Source of the DNA: Epiperipatus broadwayi
Taxonomy: Eukaryota > Animalia > Onychophora
Assembly (NCBI GenBank): GCA_028023455.1
Contig: JAQFVV010000003.1
Span: 26,536,001 to 26,600,000, forward strand
Direction: 5' to 3'
Length of the DNA: 64,000 nt
The position numbers were made by a program, and so were the translations under genes. A model generated the notes under the pieces. That model made no database searches. It saw nothing but the letters and a program-made list of their open reading frames with translations, and was not told the DNA's origin. Below are positions 1 through 13,383 of this stretch, one piece after another (the first letter of the stretch is position 1; every line of letters starts with the position of its first letter).

Positions 1-1690
1 GTCTGTATTGGAAGCCTGTGACCTTGCATTTTGTTCTTCTGCTTCCATGTTGCATTTATGCATCCTGCTATTTCTAATCTTGCATCTGAGTCAAAATGTT
101 TTAGAGCATGCCCTTACCAAGTGCTGCATGTGAAGCACTGTGGCCTCACACCTCGGATGGTAACAAACATAGGGCATTTTTCATCTTCCAATACAGGGGG
201 TAAGTCAGTAGGCAGCTCCCCAAAAGCTAATTTCAGAGTGAATATTGCCATATTTGATAATAGTTCAATTTCTGATCTTGTATCGGTCAAATACTGGAAA
301 TGATCCTGATCTTGTATCGGTCAAATACTGGAATGATTTTAGAGTTTCATATCTTTCCTGTAGCTTCTGCATATCACGGCTGCTAAAGTTCATGTAGCAT
401 TTACATGCAGTGTCATGTACTACCTTCGGCTGCGACATGTCTACTTTTACAAGAAATCTGTTATTTAGGAACATCTGCTTTCTTTCGAAGAGTTTTTTTT
501 GGAGGACATTTCTAAAGTCTACAACAAAATAGCAGCCATTAGGATGGTGGTAAACCCGCTTTATTGGGTCCTCTAGGTGTTGTTTTTTTATCAGAAGAAA
601 AAACTCATTGGTTGGAAACTGAAACAGCTGGCACTTCCTGTTTGTGGTGGTTAATATAAGTGCACATTCACTATTATAGTTGTTAAATGACCAATTTGTA
701 ATCATTAGAATCAAGTATGTTGTTGCCTTGCATTGAGTTAATCAGTGTAACATCAATGTTGCTTAAATATATGTCCTCTTCAAGATCCAGTAATGGCAAT
801 TCTGATGTATGCTCATTCATTTGACCTTTATTGCTAAACTTCTCACTTTTGTGCTTGTAGCATATGTTTTAATGTTTTGTTGTTCGTGGCCATTTTGATG
901 AGATTTCAGCTTGTCTGCATAAGTTGTTGTATTCTGATTACCATTAACACCTGATATATTACTGGTGGATCCTATTTTATCCTCTATTAATGATGGAAGT
1001 TGAGCTTGTATGTCATTTTGTTTATTAGGCACATTTTTATTGAGTTGACCTGTTATTGTTGATTTTGTAGAGATTTCTAAATCGTTAGGATAGTTATTTG
1101 TTTTGCTTTCCTTTTGAAGCAAACTTTGTGTGTTTTTCTTTATGTCAGTTTTTCCTTTAGGATTTGTACTTGCATTGGCTAAATTAGTATTTACCTCTTG
1201 ATTTTCAGCATTGTTTCGATGCAAAACTGAGTTTATATCATTAAGATCGGGCTCTTCCGGTGTAGCGCCCTCTTTTTTGCTAAAATTTCCTTGATATTTT
1301 ACTTTTTGCAGTTTCGATTTCAGAGATTTTCTTACAGACCCTATAGCACTTACTTTCCCTCAAATTTTCATGATTTGTGGGGAGGACCCTAGGAAGCAGT
1401 TCATCTTTAGATGAGCCTGCTTTATTTTGCATTAGCTTTTGATTTTCATTGAATTTCTTATTAATATCTACTGAACATCTGGTATCTTTTAAATTTTTAG
1501 CCTTATCGGTCTTTTTGTTTTTAATAGAACTATTTTTTCCTTGGATTTTTTTCCATTCTTGAGATTAACTATTTTTTCCATATCTGGATAATTTTGGTGA
1601 TTCCAGATCCATTTTTTTCATACATCTTTTTGACACTGAAGATGCTTTCCTTATGGATTGCCTGTCTTGATCACTATATTCAGTATCCAT
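1..1690 (-). mobile_element. Decayed L1/Tx1-like LINE, ORF1 remnant (low-complexity N-terminus, RRM-like region, degenerate CCHC knuckle); runs off the left window edge
   Basis: Minus-strand pieces: putative ATG at 1690 (MDTEYSDQ...), ORFs 817-1224 and 265-714, then a shifted frame ...LPTDLPPVLEDEKCPMFVTIRGVRPQCFTCSTW*GHALKH, resembling the L1-clade ORF1 'V.Y.GQP..C..C...GH' knuckle region. Multiple stops and frameshifts. Confidence 0.6.
272..337. repeat. ~34-bp tandem duplication that frameshifts the L1-like ORF1
   Basis: ctgatcttgtatcggtcaaatactggaa(a)tgat occurs at 272-304 and 306-337. Confidence 0.9.
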
Positions 1691-2580
1691 CTTGGAACAT
1701 ATTGCAAAATTTCTTGGTATGTTATTGCGATTTAGAAAATCTTAATTTATGAAATAAACACTGAAAGTTCACACAGTCTCAACATAAGTTTATCTAGGGG
1801 TTTAAGATAAAGAAAATTAAAAAGAATAAAATTCTCACACAAAGAACTTTAAAATGCTTGCCTCACGATGTGTCAATAAACTTAATGCTATGTGCCATAC
1901 TGCGGATCATAATTTCAAAATATTACTTAGAAACATAATAACATATATATTAAAACCTTCATTGATTCAACATAATAATATTTTTATTATTTAACCCAAA
2001 AACTAATATTTTTATTATTTAACCCAAAAACTTTTTTTAAGACTAAGTGGTATAAGCATCACACAAATAAATATTTTCCTAATCAATTTAATATTCAATC
2101 TCATTATTTTTAACATAATATCATTTTATTAATATAACTCTAATAATATATATTTTCATAATTGATCTCTGCCCTGAAATAAATGCCACTTGTATACACA
2201 TGTACCTATGAATCTAACTTTAAATATTGAAAGCATGCTCAGCAAGTCAAATGCTTTATAAATATATTATCTTTTCATGTTAAATATGCAAAACATGGTT
2301 TAAATATAGAATTATATTTAAATAACAAAAGAAGAATCATCGAATTAAGTATTCTTGTTTTCACTTAAGAATATAAAATAAAAAAAATCAGTCCATCCTA
2401 TATTGTTAACAGAAATATTTTAATTTGCCTACAAAATATATATGATCACACTGAAAAACTCTTTATCTTTGAATATGCATTTCCACAATATTCGTACATG
2501 TACATATCTGTATATTTGCATAAATTTTGTGCTATAATTTTATCTTTTTAAATCATTTCTTGATAACTTTCTAGGATGTC

Positions 2581-3173
2581 TAATTTAAAGTCGTAATTAT
2601 AAATTTATTTAAACACACATTGAATACGTAAGTAATATTTACTAAGGCTGTAATATCAAGAATATGCACGTAAAAATGCGATAGTATGGATCGCTACAGG
2701 TCTTAATCACAAGCTTACGTTTTGGAAGAAAACAGGGAAACCCTTTTTTACTTCAACCTACTTTCTATATAAATAGGTGAAGCTGAAGCGGTTAGATCTG
2801 AGAGTGTGAAGCTATTCAATACTTCACTGATTAAGTCCACATTTTTTATTACATTTGCGAAATATTTTGATTTACAGTGAGTCAATGAAAAGATCTTATA
2901 GTTAGAAATCTATTACAATAATTTAAAGTTGTAATTATAAATTTATTTAAACGCACATTGATTATGTAAGTAATATTTACTAAGGCTGTAACCTCAAGAA
3001 TATGCATGTAAAAATATGATAGTAGGGACCTCTACAGGTCTTAACCACAAGCTTACATTTTGGAGAACCCTTCTTTATTTCATCCTACTTTCTATATAAG
3101 TAGGAAGCTGAAGCGGTCTGAGAGCGTGAAGCTATTCAATACTTCACTGATTAAGTCCACATTTCTTATTACA
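2581..3173 (+). repeat. Diverged direct repeat (2581-2853 / 2919-3173) containing LTR-like TGTAA...TTACA units; TRIM-like or tandem solo-LTR candidate
   Basis: The two units align along their length with period ~338 bp. Sub-units 2649-2853 and 2987-3173 start tgtaa, end ttattaca and contain a TATA-like tctatataa. Confidence 0.6.
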
Positions 3174-3272
3174 CATTAATAAAGAGCACTTGACTAATTT
3201 TATTTGGAGTTACTATTATAGTTTGAATTATGCATAAATACCCCAGCATCTTTGGACTTATATACATATATG

Positions 3273-3814
3273 CAGAGCCTTTCAGAGAAAATGTGAGGCT
3301 CAGGGCAATTAATATTTTAGAGGCCCTTCAAAATTTAAAATAAAAATGTGGGGAGAGATAGAAGAAATGAGAGTTTTTACTTATAGAGCCAAAAACAGGA
3401 CTCCTGGAGCAGTTAGTTATGAGTCACAGAAAACAAGCAGATCAGATCCAGATAACACTTGGATAGAGTAGATTCACTCTAACACTGTTAGTATCGTAAA
3501 ACAGCACAGAACTGACTGACAGGGAGCTGAGACTATTAGTTCTGCCGGTTGCTGAGTGCTGCAGTCACTTTCATCGCAGAGTCATCAAATTGACACTCAT
3601 CCCTAAACTGGCTTACATTTTCGACTTTTGGTATGCCTGCTTGGAAAAGTTTTTCTTGAATATTGTTTTAGGGAATTTAACGTAAAATTAAGGCCATTCT
3701 ATGAGATGTAACATCGCTTTGCCTTCTCCTATATTTTTGTTTAACATATTGAGTTCTCTAATATTGTGAAGCCTGGAGCAGCTGCCCCTCCTGCCCCTTA
3801 TCTGATTGGCCCTG
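3273..3814. mobile_element. Non-autonomous hAT-like MITE
   Basis: Termini cagagcc...ggccctg (CAGGGCC-type), GC-rich subterminal 'gcccctcctgccccttatctgattggccctg', and flanks catatatg/tatatata as a possible 8-bp TSD (6/8 identical). Confidence 0.55.
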
Positions 3815-4318
3815 TATATATATATTTGTGGATGAGTGGGTGTGTAGTTGGTTTACTAGCAATTTTCTCTGATATTTTTTCTTTTGTAATGGAGAAGCTT
3901 CAGATTATAATGTAGAATTAAATCATATTCTTCCTTATATTTTATTATAATCACTATAATGGATTTTAAATTGGACATTTTTTAAAATCATGTTTAAATA
4001 TAGCATTCATTTAGTGAAAAGTCAACTTTGTATCTTGCATTTCAGATAAATTGCTGATACTTAGAATTCACTTCATGATCCTCCTCAGGAAATTTGGAAA
4101 AAATAACATTTTTCTCTAAGCTTCAATGTAAAAGAGGTTACTGTTATAATGAGCTTTTCATTCATTTTTGGAAAGACGCTTTAAAAAAAAACTACATCTT
4201 TCTTGAGTCATAAAGAATACAATCTTACTCCTCTGTTACAAGGCTAAAACTCCACTTTTTAACCAAGTTCTGCTTTTTTTATATATAGATTTTTCAAAGA
4301 ATTTTATTATCTCTTATG

Positions 4319-4626
4319 TAAATTTTTTTTCTTTTAATTGATCAAGCTAAAATCATAAAATATTTTTTTTTTCATTTAATCCTATATCAATATCCAAATA
4401 ATTTAATTAATCTATTTTTTACCTCTACACAGTTTGTTTTTTTAGGTTTTCTCCTTTAATGAAATGTATTATAAATTTTTTTTCTTTTAATTGATCAAGC
4501 TAAAATCATAAAATATTTTTTTTTTCATTTAATCCTATATCAATATCCAAATAATTTAATTAATCTATTTTTTACCTCTACACAGTTTGTTTTTTTAGGT
4601 TTTCTCCTTTAATGAAATGTATTATA
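4319..4626. repeat. Near-perfect 153-bp tandem duplication
   Basis: taaatttttttt...gaaatgtatta at 4319-4471 is repeated from 4472. Confidence 0.9.
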
Positions 4627-4727
4627 AAAAAATTCCTTTATTTAATTCCTTTTTCTTTTTTTTCATTTAGAAAAAAAAATTGACTAAGTACTGTAATCAA
4701 ATTAATCCAAAAACCCTTTAATCCATA

Positions 4728-4777
4728 AGAAACAAAATAAGAAAAAAGCTTTAGAAACAAAATAAGAAAAAAGCTTT
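4728..4777. repeat. 25-bp tandem duplication
   Basis: agaaacaaaataagaaaaaagcttt occurs twice. Confidence 0.9.
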
Positions 4778-5469
4778 TTTTTCCCTTTTTTTTTTCTAAA
4801 TATTTAGTGAATACAAAAAAAGAAATGTATTTTATTTCTCTTCCTTTAAGTATGAAATAAATATAACTAGAATGTACTCAGTCTTTTATTTCTTTTCTTT
4901 TGAATATTGAGGGAATATAACTAGAATATATTTCTCTTAAAGTCAGTGTCTGTACAAAATATTTTTCATGCACTCACACTGAACTTATTTTCTCTATCCT
5001 TGTGTACATTGGCTATTCTAACTACCTTTATTATATTTTAAACTCTTAATGCTGTTCCTGCCAATTTTATGTGCCTTGGCAATGAAACACTGTTTCAAAG
5101 TAATACCATCATTTATATAGTGTGTTTATATTTAAATACTATATCATTTTTCTCAGTCGCTAATTATCACCCTACGTCTGAAATTATTAATATTTTGATC
5201 ACAACTTAGCAGGTACTTTGGGACATTTTTAGATATCTGGGGGAGGTACTGAGCTGCCTTCAAACATTACTGAAAATATTAAGCAATAAATTTGATGCCT
5301 ACTTTTGAAAGATGTTATTTTTCAGATTTAGATTAAACAACAATTAGAAAGAAATCAGTCTTTTTTTTTTTCAATAAATTTAATGCGCGGTTTTGAATTA
5401 AAACGTTGTTTTGAAGATTTCAGTATAATAAGTCAAAAAGAAATGGGATATTCTTTCCTTCTCACATCT

Positions 5470-6222
5470 TACTATTATTTGTTCATTAAAATTGTTTAAA
5501 GTTTTTTTAAGCCACATTATTTTGAGAACACACACAAAGTGATTATTTTGACTATATTTGCAAAAAAAAAAGACCCAACTTCCATTATCTATTTTTCTTT
5601 AGGTTTTTTTATAGATAAGGTAAGCCATTTGTCACTTTAAAATTGTCAAATCTAAACACATAGAAAATTATGTTCACTACATTTTAGTCAAGTAAGAAAT
5701 TGATCATTTTCTTTAGTTTTATTCTCCCTCCCCACCATAATCTCACAAAAAACTTCCATGTATCACTTTTTGATAATTGTCACATGTGTAAATATAGGAA
5801 AAGGGGTGCTTGATCTGTAGGCAATGCTAAGTTTCCAAAAATAAAACTTGTACAAACTAACGAAATCTAATATTAATTTTGCTGAAAAATAGCAGATACA
5901 TCTCTAAAAAAAACTATTTCTACAAATTAAGAAAATCTGGCTTGACCTGAAAGCCTAATAAATCCAAAAAAGGAAATGCTACTCCTTGTCTTGCTACCTA
6001 CGTTCAACTAAACAAAAAAAGTAAATTTTATTATTTGTTCATTAAAATTGTCTCAAGTGTGTGTATATGTTTTCTTTCTGATTTATTTAACTAAAAACTG
6101 CATAGTAATGTCTTACTTCAAAAATAGTCATCAAATAATCACTTTGTGTGTTCTCAAAATAATACTAAGTGGTTTATAGAAAAACTTTAAACTATTTTAA
6201 TGAACAAATAATAGCAACTATT
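5470..6222. mobile_element. MITE-like element with ~90-100 bp imperfect terminal inverted repeats
   Basis: ctattatttgttcattaaaattgtttaaag...ttttgagaacacacacaaagtgattatt (~5471-5560) is the reverse complement of ~6121-6222. A partial direct copy is at ~6030. Confidence 0.6.
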
Positions 6223-6256
6223 TTTTTTAAGATATTAGTTGGGGGGGGGGTCACTA

Positions 6257-6345
6257 TTTTTTTTTTTTTTTCCAGGTGTCATAGCATCGGTCAGGAAGCG
6301 AACCCGCTATCCCGGGCAGTAAATCTATCTGCTTTTATTAAGGAA
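6257..6345 (-). mobile_element. Short tRNA-derived SINE-like retroposon with poly(A) tail (candidate)
   Basis: The minus strand reads ...cccgggatagcGGGTTCGCTTCCtgaccgatgctatgacacctgg followed by A15. It has a B-box/T-arm-like motif (6294-6305) and retains CpGs. Confidence 0.4.
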
Positions 6346-7449
6346 AGGAACTCATCTATAAAAACGTAGTCTTTTGGAGGCCATGCCAGGCAACAATGGA
6401 TTACTGATTGCTCATATTGATTGTAAAGTAATTAGGCACGGTAGAATTCGAAGCTATTAACTAAACATAACATGATATAAGCTACCAGCATGCAACTGGA
6501 AGTGTTAGATACTCCTACAAGGGCACCTGAAGTCCCTTGGATTAACGGTTGTAAAGTAATTCTATGTTATGCATTAATAATACTTGGTTATTAATAAATA
6601 TTTACCGGTCTGGGTTTATTCTGATTGCATTTAAAACACAGTAAAAATACTATAAAATTGTTTATGATAAATAATATTTAAAATTTAAAAAATGATAGAA
6701 AATAAAGAAAAATTCTTTTTTAATATTGTATTTGCAAAATATTTGGATAGAAAGTATTTATTTTTCAATAGATATATACTGCAATGACCTTAAGATGCAA
6801 AAATGAAGTTCATATTTTTATGCACGTATATTAATTACACTCATTCAATAGTAAACATTTCCTTCTTATTACAAACACGAAACGCTTCCTTTGTCTTTAT
6901 ATATTAAATTCTATTTTAAAATTTTTAAAGACGTATTGCACAGTTCTGATTGTTAAAATTTATAATGAACCAAATGCAAATAAAGAGGGGTTTTTTTTTT
7001 TTTGCTTTAATTGAGAATGGTTTGTTTGTTCGAGTGAACCAGATATTTTCAACTTAATATTTTTTAAAGTATTAAGCTTTAAAACATATTTTTAAATTGC
7101 TTCTTTTTTAAAAAAATAATTTTAACATCTCTATTTTTAATTAGATCTTAAATAGAAATTAATGACATGTTGATTGCATTATCAAAAGAACATCACATTA
7201 CTAGAAGAAAAAAATGTAAATATTAGTGAGGAATGCGTATCAAGTCATTCCTTTTGCTTATTACTATAGTTAGGTCAATAATGATAGTAATTTTAGAAAT
7301 ACAGAAATTATATATAAACTATAATTAGTCTACAAGCAATTGCTGTGATAATCGAAAAAGTTCAAAATTGTTTGTTTCTAATATTATATGACTTGAATTA
7401 AGTATGCACAGATATATAAAATGTAGCAATTATTGCTTGAGAGTTGTTA

Positions 7450-7550
7450 AGAAATTTGAACCTAAAAAATGATGAGATTGAACCACCATCTATCGACCTT
7501 GAACTCCAGAATTTGCCCATCTATCACTGCACCAAACTACACAGGACTGC
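7450..7550 (-). mobile_element. Degenerate tRNA-derived SINE head
   Basis: Minus strand tcctgtgtagtttggtgcagtgatagatgggcaaattctggagttcaagg is similar to 22141-22212. Confidence 0.45.
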
Positions 7551-8932
7551 AGTACAGTTTTCTATTTGTAAACCTAGAAGAAACTTCACCAAGAAAGAGA
7601 CGTAGTGTGTGTGTGATATTTTTGCACTTGTATTAGCTGCTATTGATTAACGTTGAATGCTATTGAGCCTATTTATAAGATTTTCAATTTAATATAGAAA
7701 AAAAACTCATAATTAGCAGCTAATACAACTGTCATGATCTAGAATTACACTGCATATTAGAAGTATGTCCATGCACTAGCAGAGGGCAGTGGCATACCAG
7801 TTTTGGTTTGAATACAAAAACCATAATGAAAAGGCTTTTGACTGATTATGTATACACAAATCAAAAAGTTCAAACTGTGGTGCAGAAAATAATAAGAAAT
7901 CACTGAAATTAAATTATTGAAAGTACCAGAAAAATATCACGAATTAAAAATAAATTATTACATCTTTCCAAAAAGGCTAAAAATAATAGAATTAATTTCA
8001 TAACCAAAGATGGCGATTAAAAAAAGATGTTATGTTATTACACATATATTATGGTTCAATTTGTAATTTTATTATAAATAATTTAATTAAATAAGTAGAA
8101 AATATAATTTCTTGCCCTCAAATTGCTGAAAAAACAAATACAGATTAATTTATTAAAAAAAGAGAAAATCGATCTTTTTTACATCACAGATCTTATTTTT
8201 TTAAAATGTAGCCATTTCTTAAACCAATATCTTTTTTTATTTTAAAACATTAAAATTACTAGGTATGAATTATCTAGTATATCTATCAAAAAACCTTATG
8301 TATTCATGATTATTTTGCTTTCTCAACTTTTTTTATCACTTTTTCTTTGGTTAAATTGCACAGGTGTATGTTACCAATGCTTATACAAATCTCCCAAAGA
8401 AATAATTGGCATTGGAGCACCCAAGGTTAAGCATAACAGCTTCAATAATGTTATCTGAGATTTTTTTACTTTATTAAGCTGAGAATAGATCCATTCTGTT
8501 GCAACAGTTCTTAAAGTTGCCATCACCATATTTAAAAAAAAAGAATTCAAATTCAAAAGAAGCAAATAAATAATATGGTCAATAATAAAAAAAATTAAGA
8601 TATATATATTAAAATAATTATCTTTTGGCAGATTTCATAGCATTTTAAATAGTTTTATATGAGATAGATCAATTATTTCTATAAAAATTGCTTAGTCACT
8701 TATGATAACTCAAAAGATATTTTATTAAGAGGGTAGCAAGCAATAGTAAATGTTTTGAATACTACTGAATCCTATCCAGTTTCCATAATAGCTCTTTTTC
8801 CTTCAATACTAACTAAATTGTAGTTTTTGATTAATTCATTGATTTTTTAAAGATTATAACTGGGAGACACAAAATACCAGACTACTACACAGAGATGTCA
8901 CTTATAGCTAACTGTATTTGTATGTCACTCAC

Positions 8933-8974
8933 TATTTGCTACCAATGATCTGATCTGTGACAGCTAGATTTGTT
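8933..8974 (-). CDS. Candidate 42-nt exon of an unidentified minus-strand host gene (xTNLAVTDQIIGSKx)
   Basis: Strong acceptor gttgttttatcttaccttgtcatcag and donor ATA|gtgagt. Only one frame is open (phase 2 to 2). Confidence 0.4.
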
Positions 8975-11900
8975 CTGATGACAAGGTAAGATAAAACAAC
9001 CTTCAGATTGATTACTTTTTCATGACAACTTATAATAAAAACAGAAAGAAGTATATATTGCTAACCATATCAGTCGATTGCAAGTTTGAGCATTTTTAAC
9101 TTGTTTTAACCTCCAAGAATATCTAGATAACGATTTACCAACAAATATTAGATACTTAACCAGATTTGCTACAGGCCAGCTGCCTTAAAGAAAAATCTCA
9201 TGCCTGATTAGAACTTTGAAAAAAATGTTTAGGTTTTCCAAATCCAGATTCAAACCCAAATTGTAAGCATGCCAGGTAAATACACTAGCATTGTACATGA
9301 AGGTTTTATGATAACACATATGTGAAATTTTGAATATATATATGTGTGATAAGAGAATTTGTATTTTTCGCAAACCTGTAGCAAACTCTTTCTCAACCAA
9401 AGTCAGTTATAATAAAAATAAGCCTGTCTCCCTTGGAAACAGGCAGTAAATTTCTGTGCGATTGTATACTTATAAATAATTACCACAATCTAAATAAATT
9501 TACTACAGTTTTGCATGGATTGTCCTTTTAATAAAAAAATTTGTTACAATTTTAAAATTTGAATTTCAAAACTTGTTTTTCATACATTAGATATGACCCA
9601 ATAACTTAATCTAAAATGTGTACATATGTTTTTTTTATTTATAAATAAAAAGTTAAAATGAATAATTTTTCAGTGCAAATGACAGATTAAACAAGAATTT
9701 ATATCGTATTTGTGACAGCGATTAGTCATTAAGCACACCTTAAATACCGAACACATATAAATATCATATAAATACGTACATATGTTATCAGTAAATGTGT
9801 ATTCATTTATATCTGCAAATCTAATTATATGCATAATAGATTTAAGCGAATAGAATATTTTATGCAAATGAAATATAAGATATAAAAATTGGAAAAATAA
9901 AGATAGATATGTGTTTACTTACATATATTTTAAGTTTTTATATAAAATAGATTAAGGATAATTGGATGTTCCTCTTGTTTGTACCCACATATAGAATTGG
10001 CATATGTTTAAATAAAATTCATGATAAATTATTGTCTTTGTTGAGGTTAGTTTATTTACTAGTATTATGTGTTTATTTGTAAAAACACGCTTGTATGGAT
10101 GAAATACATTTTGTAAATTAAAATTGATGAAAGATAAAATAAAGTTGTTGTTGTTGTTGTTGTTTTTTTTTGGGGGGGGGGGGATAAATGTTAAAAAGTT
10201 AATATTTATTCAATTGAAGTCTATTATCCAAAATATTTTTAAAAAACGGAACATTTCCTAGCAGTTACTATTAATACTGAACCGATTTGATTACAACATT
10301 ACAGTCGAAATCAAAAATTGAGAAGTTGGGTAGAATTAAGTATTTGAGGAAGAATTTAATTTTGTAATTATTGAAAATGAATGGTCATGAAAATTAAACT
10401 AAACAAATATTCGTAAGGATGGTATTTAAATTGGAATCTAATGGGTAATTATTGTATATGCAAGAATATATAAAAAAAAAAATTAAAAATTGCTTGCAAT
10501 GAAAACAAAAATTATTAGGAATGCTAAGAGAATTTGAAGCTTTTTTCGCATAGTGACTTAATATTGAACCAAACATTGTTCAGATATGTAACTCCATTTA
10601 ACATAGAATATAATTATTTAGTGAGGCAAAGATGTAGCTGTTATTTTCTTCAAGCCCTGTGTATGGATATCATCATTATCAGTATACTAGTCTGAAAATT
10701 TTTCCAAAGTGAATTCATTTTCTTCAATTCATAGCTTCTCTTTTTCACTTTATTCAATTAAACTTCCTTCTCTTAAACCCATATTTTACACATGAGCTGT
10801 TTCTAAGTCTTTCACAATATTTTAAACTCCTGTTTAAGAATTCAATTGTTTATCTACTGTAGGGATTATCAGTCTTTTACCTACTACCCATATTTGTACT
10901 GCTATTAACAGTATAATTTCCCTATTGCCCACCGATGCCTAAATAACTTATTTTAGTGTTCATGGAAATAGTTACACACACAAAAAAATTATAGTAGTAT
11001 AGTAAGTAGTCATAAATGTATTTTTTTTTTTACAAACTGGTTTATGATCACACTCTCTTAACTAACTTTAAATACTAATGGACTACCATAAATAAAGAGT
11101 TAGATCACTTAGTTATTATGCAAGTTGTTTGACTATTGTTACAAGTCATGCATACAAAGCCAAAGAGGTTGTTGGTTGCTTTCTTATATTGCTGATCAAA
11201 AGTGTAATTGTAAACTGTGTATGAATGTCAATATCAAAATTAGAATCTTTTTAGGTGCGTACCAAGTTAGCATATTTTATGAAAGGCCTGAACAACTCTT
11301 CAAAAAAATTTAAATGCCTGTTGCACATCTATAGTAATTTATGATTTTTCTTTTAACATTTTGCAAATATCACCTATCTGTAAGCTTAAATCAGTAATGG
11401 GCAATAAAAAACAGGTTAGTCACCCTTGATCTAATGTCATGTCTTCTAGCAATATTTCCAGTTCCATTTCAGCTTTTTAAGTCTTAGTGATGTGAATAAT
11501 GTGTGTTTGTTCTTCATTTATGTTTTCACTTTTGACTTCTTTTTTTTATTTCCAGCAATCAACATTGTTTTGTGGTCTGAAGATTTTGTATGATTCTTTT
11601 AATTAACTTTCCAAATAACATTGTGCATAACTACTGATAAAATACTTTATTAATTTTTTTTATTTTTACACACTTAGACAACTTTCCTTTTTTAATATTA
11701 CTTATTTGCATCAAAATTACTTCATTTATGTTTAATTCTATAATTAATTTATCCATTATATACATGTGTGTGTAAAATAAAAAAAATATAGCAGTGACAA
11801 ATATGTAACAGAATGATAAACTTCTGAGTGCTTTCTTCATTAGTGCAATTCCTAATTTAATCATGTTAAATCCATTTTTATCTTTTGCACATGATTAATT

Positions 11901-13297
11901 TTGATACAAGGGCACATCGCATTAATATAATTAATGCTCAGAGATTTATTGCTCCAAGCATTATATAAATATATATTAGAAATTATGATCAAGCTCACTC
12001 TTACATATCATGCAATTGTAAACGCTGGGAGAAATGTAACATTGAGATTGATCATAATTTCTAAAATATATTTATAAGATAATGACTCATAAATAAAAAG
12101 AGGTGAACTATTAAAATAAAATTTATCATGCTCTCATATAAAGAATGTAATAGATTTATCTGAATTTTATTAAATTTCAAATCCAAATCTGAAATGAAAT
12201 GCAATAATTTTTAATTTAATAAAAAAAATGATCAACTGTTATTTAAGAAGTTATTGGAAAGTGACTGCTTTAAATTTTGTTAGAAAATATGTATTTGCAG
12301 ATGAACTATTGTTAATATTACCATCTAATAATGATTCTTAAAATTCAAATGTTTCAGTGATTTATTTTATCTAAAAAAATATTAATAGTAGTTTGCAATT
12401 ATTTTATCAAAAATTTAATATCAGGATTTCTGAAGTCAAAAAGTAAAAGGAATTTTTATATTATGTTTTTGCATAAGTATGAATATATGTAACATGCTTA
12501 TATGTATTTGCAAATATACATGTATGCATGAACACATCACATCTTTCTTATATAAAAACTTGTTTCAATATCAAATATCTTTTTTTTATTGCTGTTATAT
12601 ATAAATTATGTATCTATTTAAAAACAAAAATACTAGCGAAAAAAGATATTGTGTGTATTTTTGTCAAATTACAACTTAAAAAGAATACTTGATTTAGGAA
12701 AATTAAAAATGTTACTTTTAATTTGATTTTAAAAGCTACTTTCTATCAAACAAGTAGTTTTACGAATAATAATTATTTTATTAAATGCATGTTAGAAATT
12801 TGATCATTGTTTTATTTCTCTCTTATCTTTTTTTGAACTATTACATTCAGAAAATATATCATTGCTTAGTCAATAAAATAAAAGTCTTTTATGTTTTTTT
12901 GAAACTGTGATAAAAATATTTGGCTTGTATTTGACTCTTCATCTTCTAAAAGAACAAAATATTTTGAGTACAAATTATTTTTGAGTATATTGTATATGTG
13001 TGTCAGTTTTGATTGTATATGATATTCATTTTTGATCTACAAAAAAGAAATAGATACAAACTATTTTAATATATATTTGCGTATGAGTATTTTTGTATTA
13101 TTATTCTATATAAATGTAATATGAAAAACTGTTCATTTATAAGATGTTAAAATTTTGTCTTGTTTATAACCATTTCTGTTGTTTTCATTGTTTTGAATTT
13201 CGTAAGGTTCAAGATTTTTTGTGTAAGTGGAAATGAGATTATTAACCTTTTTCTAACTGCTTTATTCAGGTTTTTGTGTTTGATAACTATTGCTTAC

Positions 13298-13383
13298 ATC
13301 AGGAGTGACCATACTTTATGTCTGCAAGTGTCATGTGTTAAAATTGTAATATATTCAAGAGCTACAATCAAACTTGAAATATT
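13298..13383 (-). CDS. Candidate 86-nt exon (NISSLIVALEYITILTHDTCRHKVWSLLx)
   Basis: Acceptor atttgtctttgtag and donor GAT|gtaagc. Single open frame (phase 0 to 2), phase-compatible with 8933-8974. Confidence 0.5.

Noticed and set aside
2805-2828. Similarity between the gtgaag...tacttcac hairpin here and at 17549
   Set aside because: The match is short and one instance is within transposase coding sequence, so it is likely coincidence.
8371-8565. 64-aa minus-strand ORF, or an alternative plus-strand exon, at 8.4 kb
   Set aside because: Both strands give plausible frames, the phase does not fit 8933-8974 (the join gives TAA), and there is no recognisable homology.
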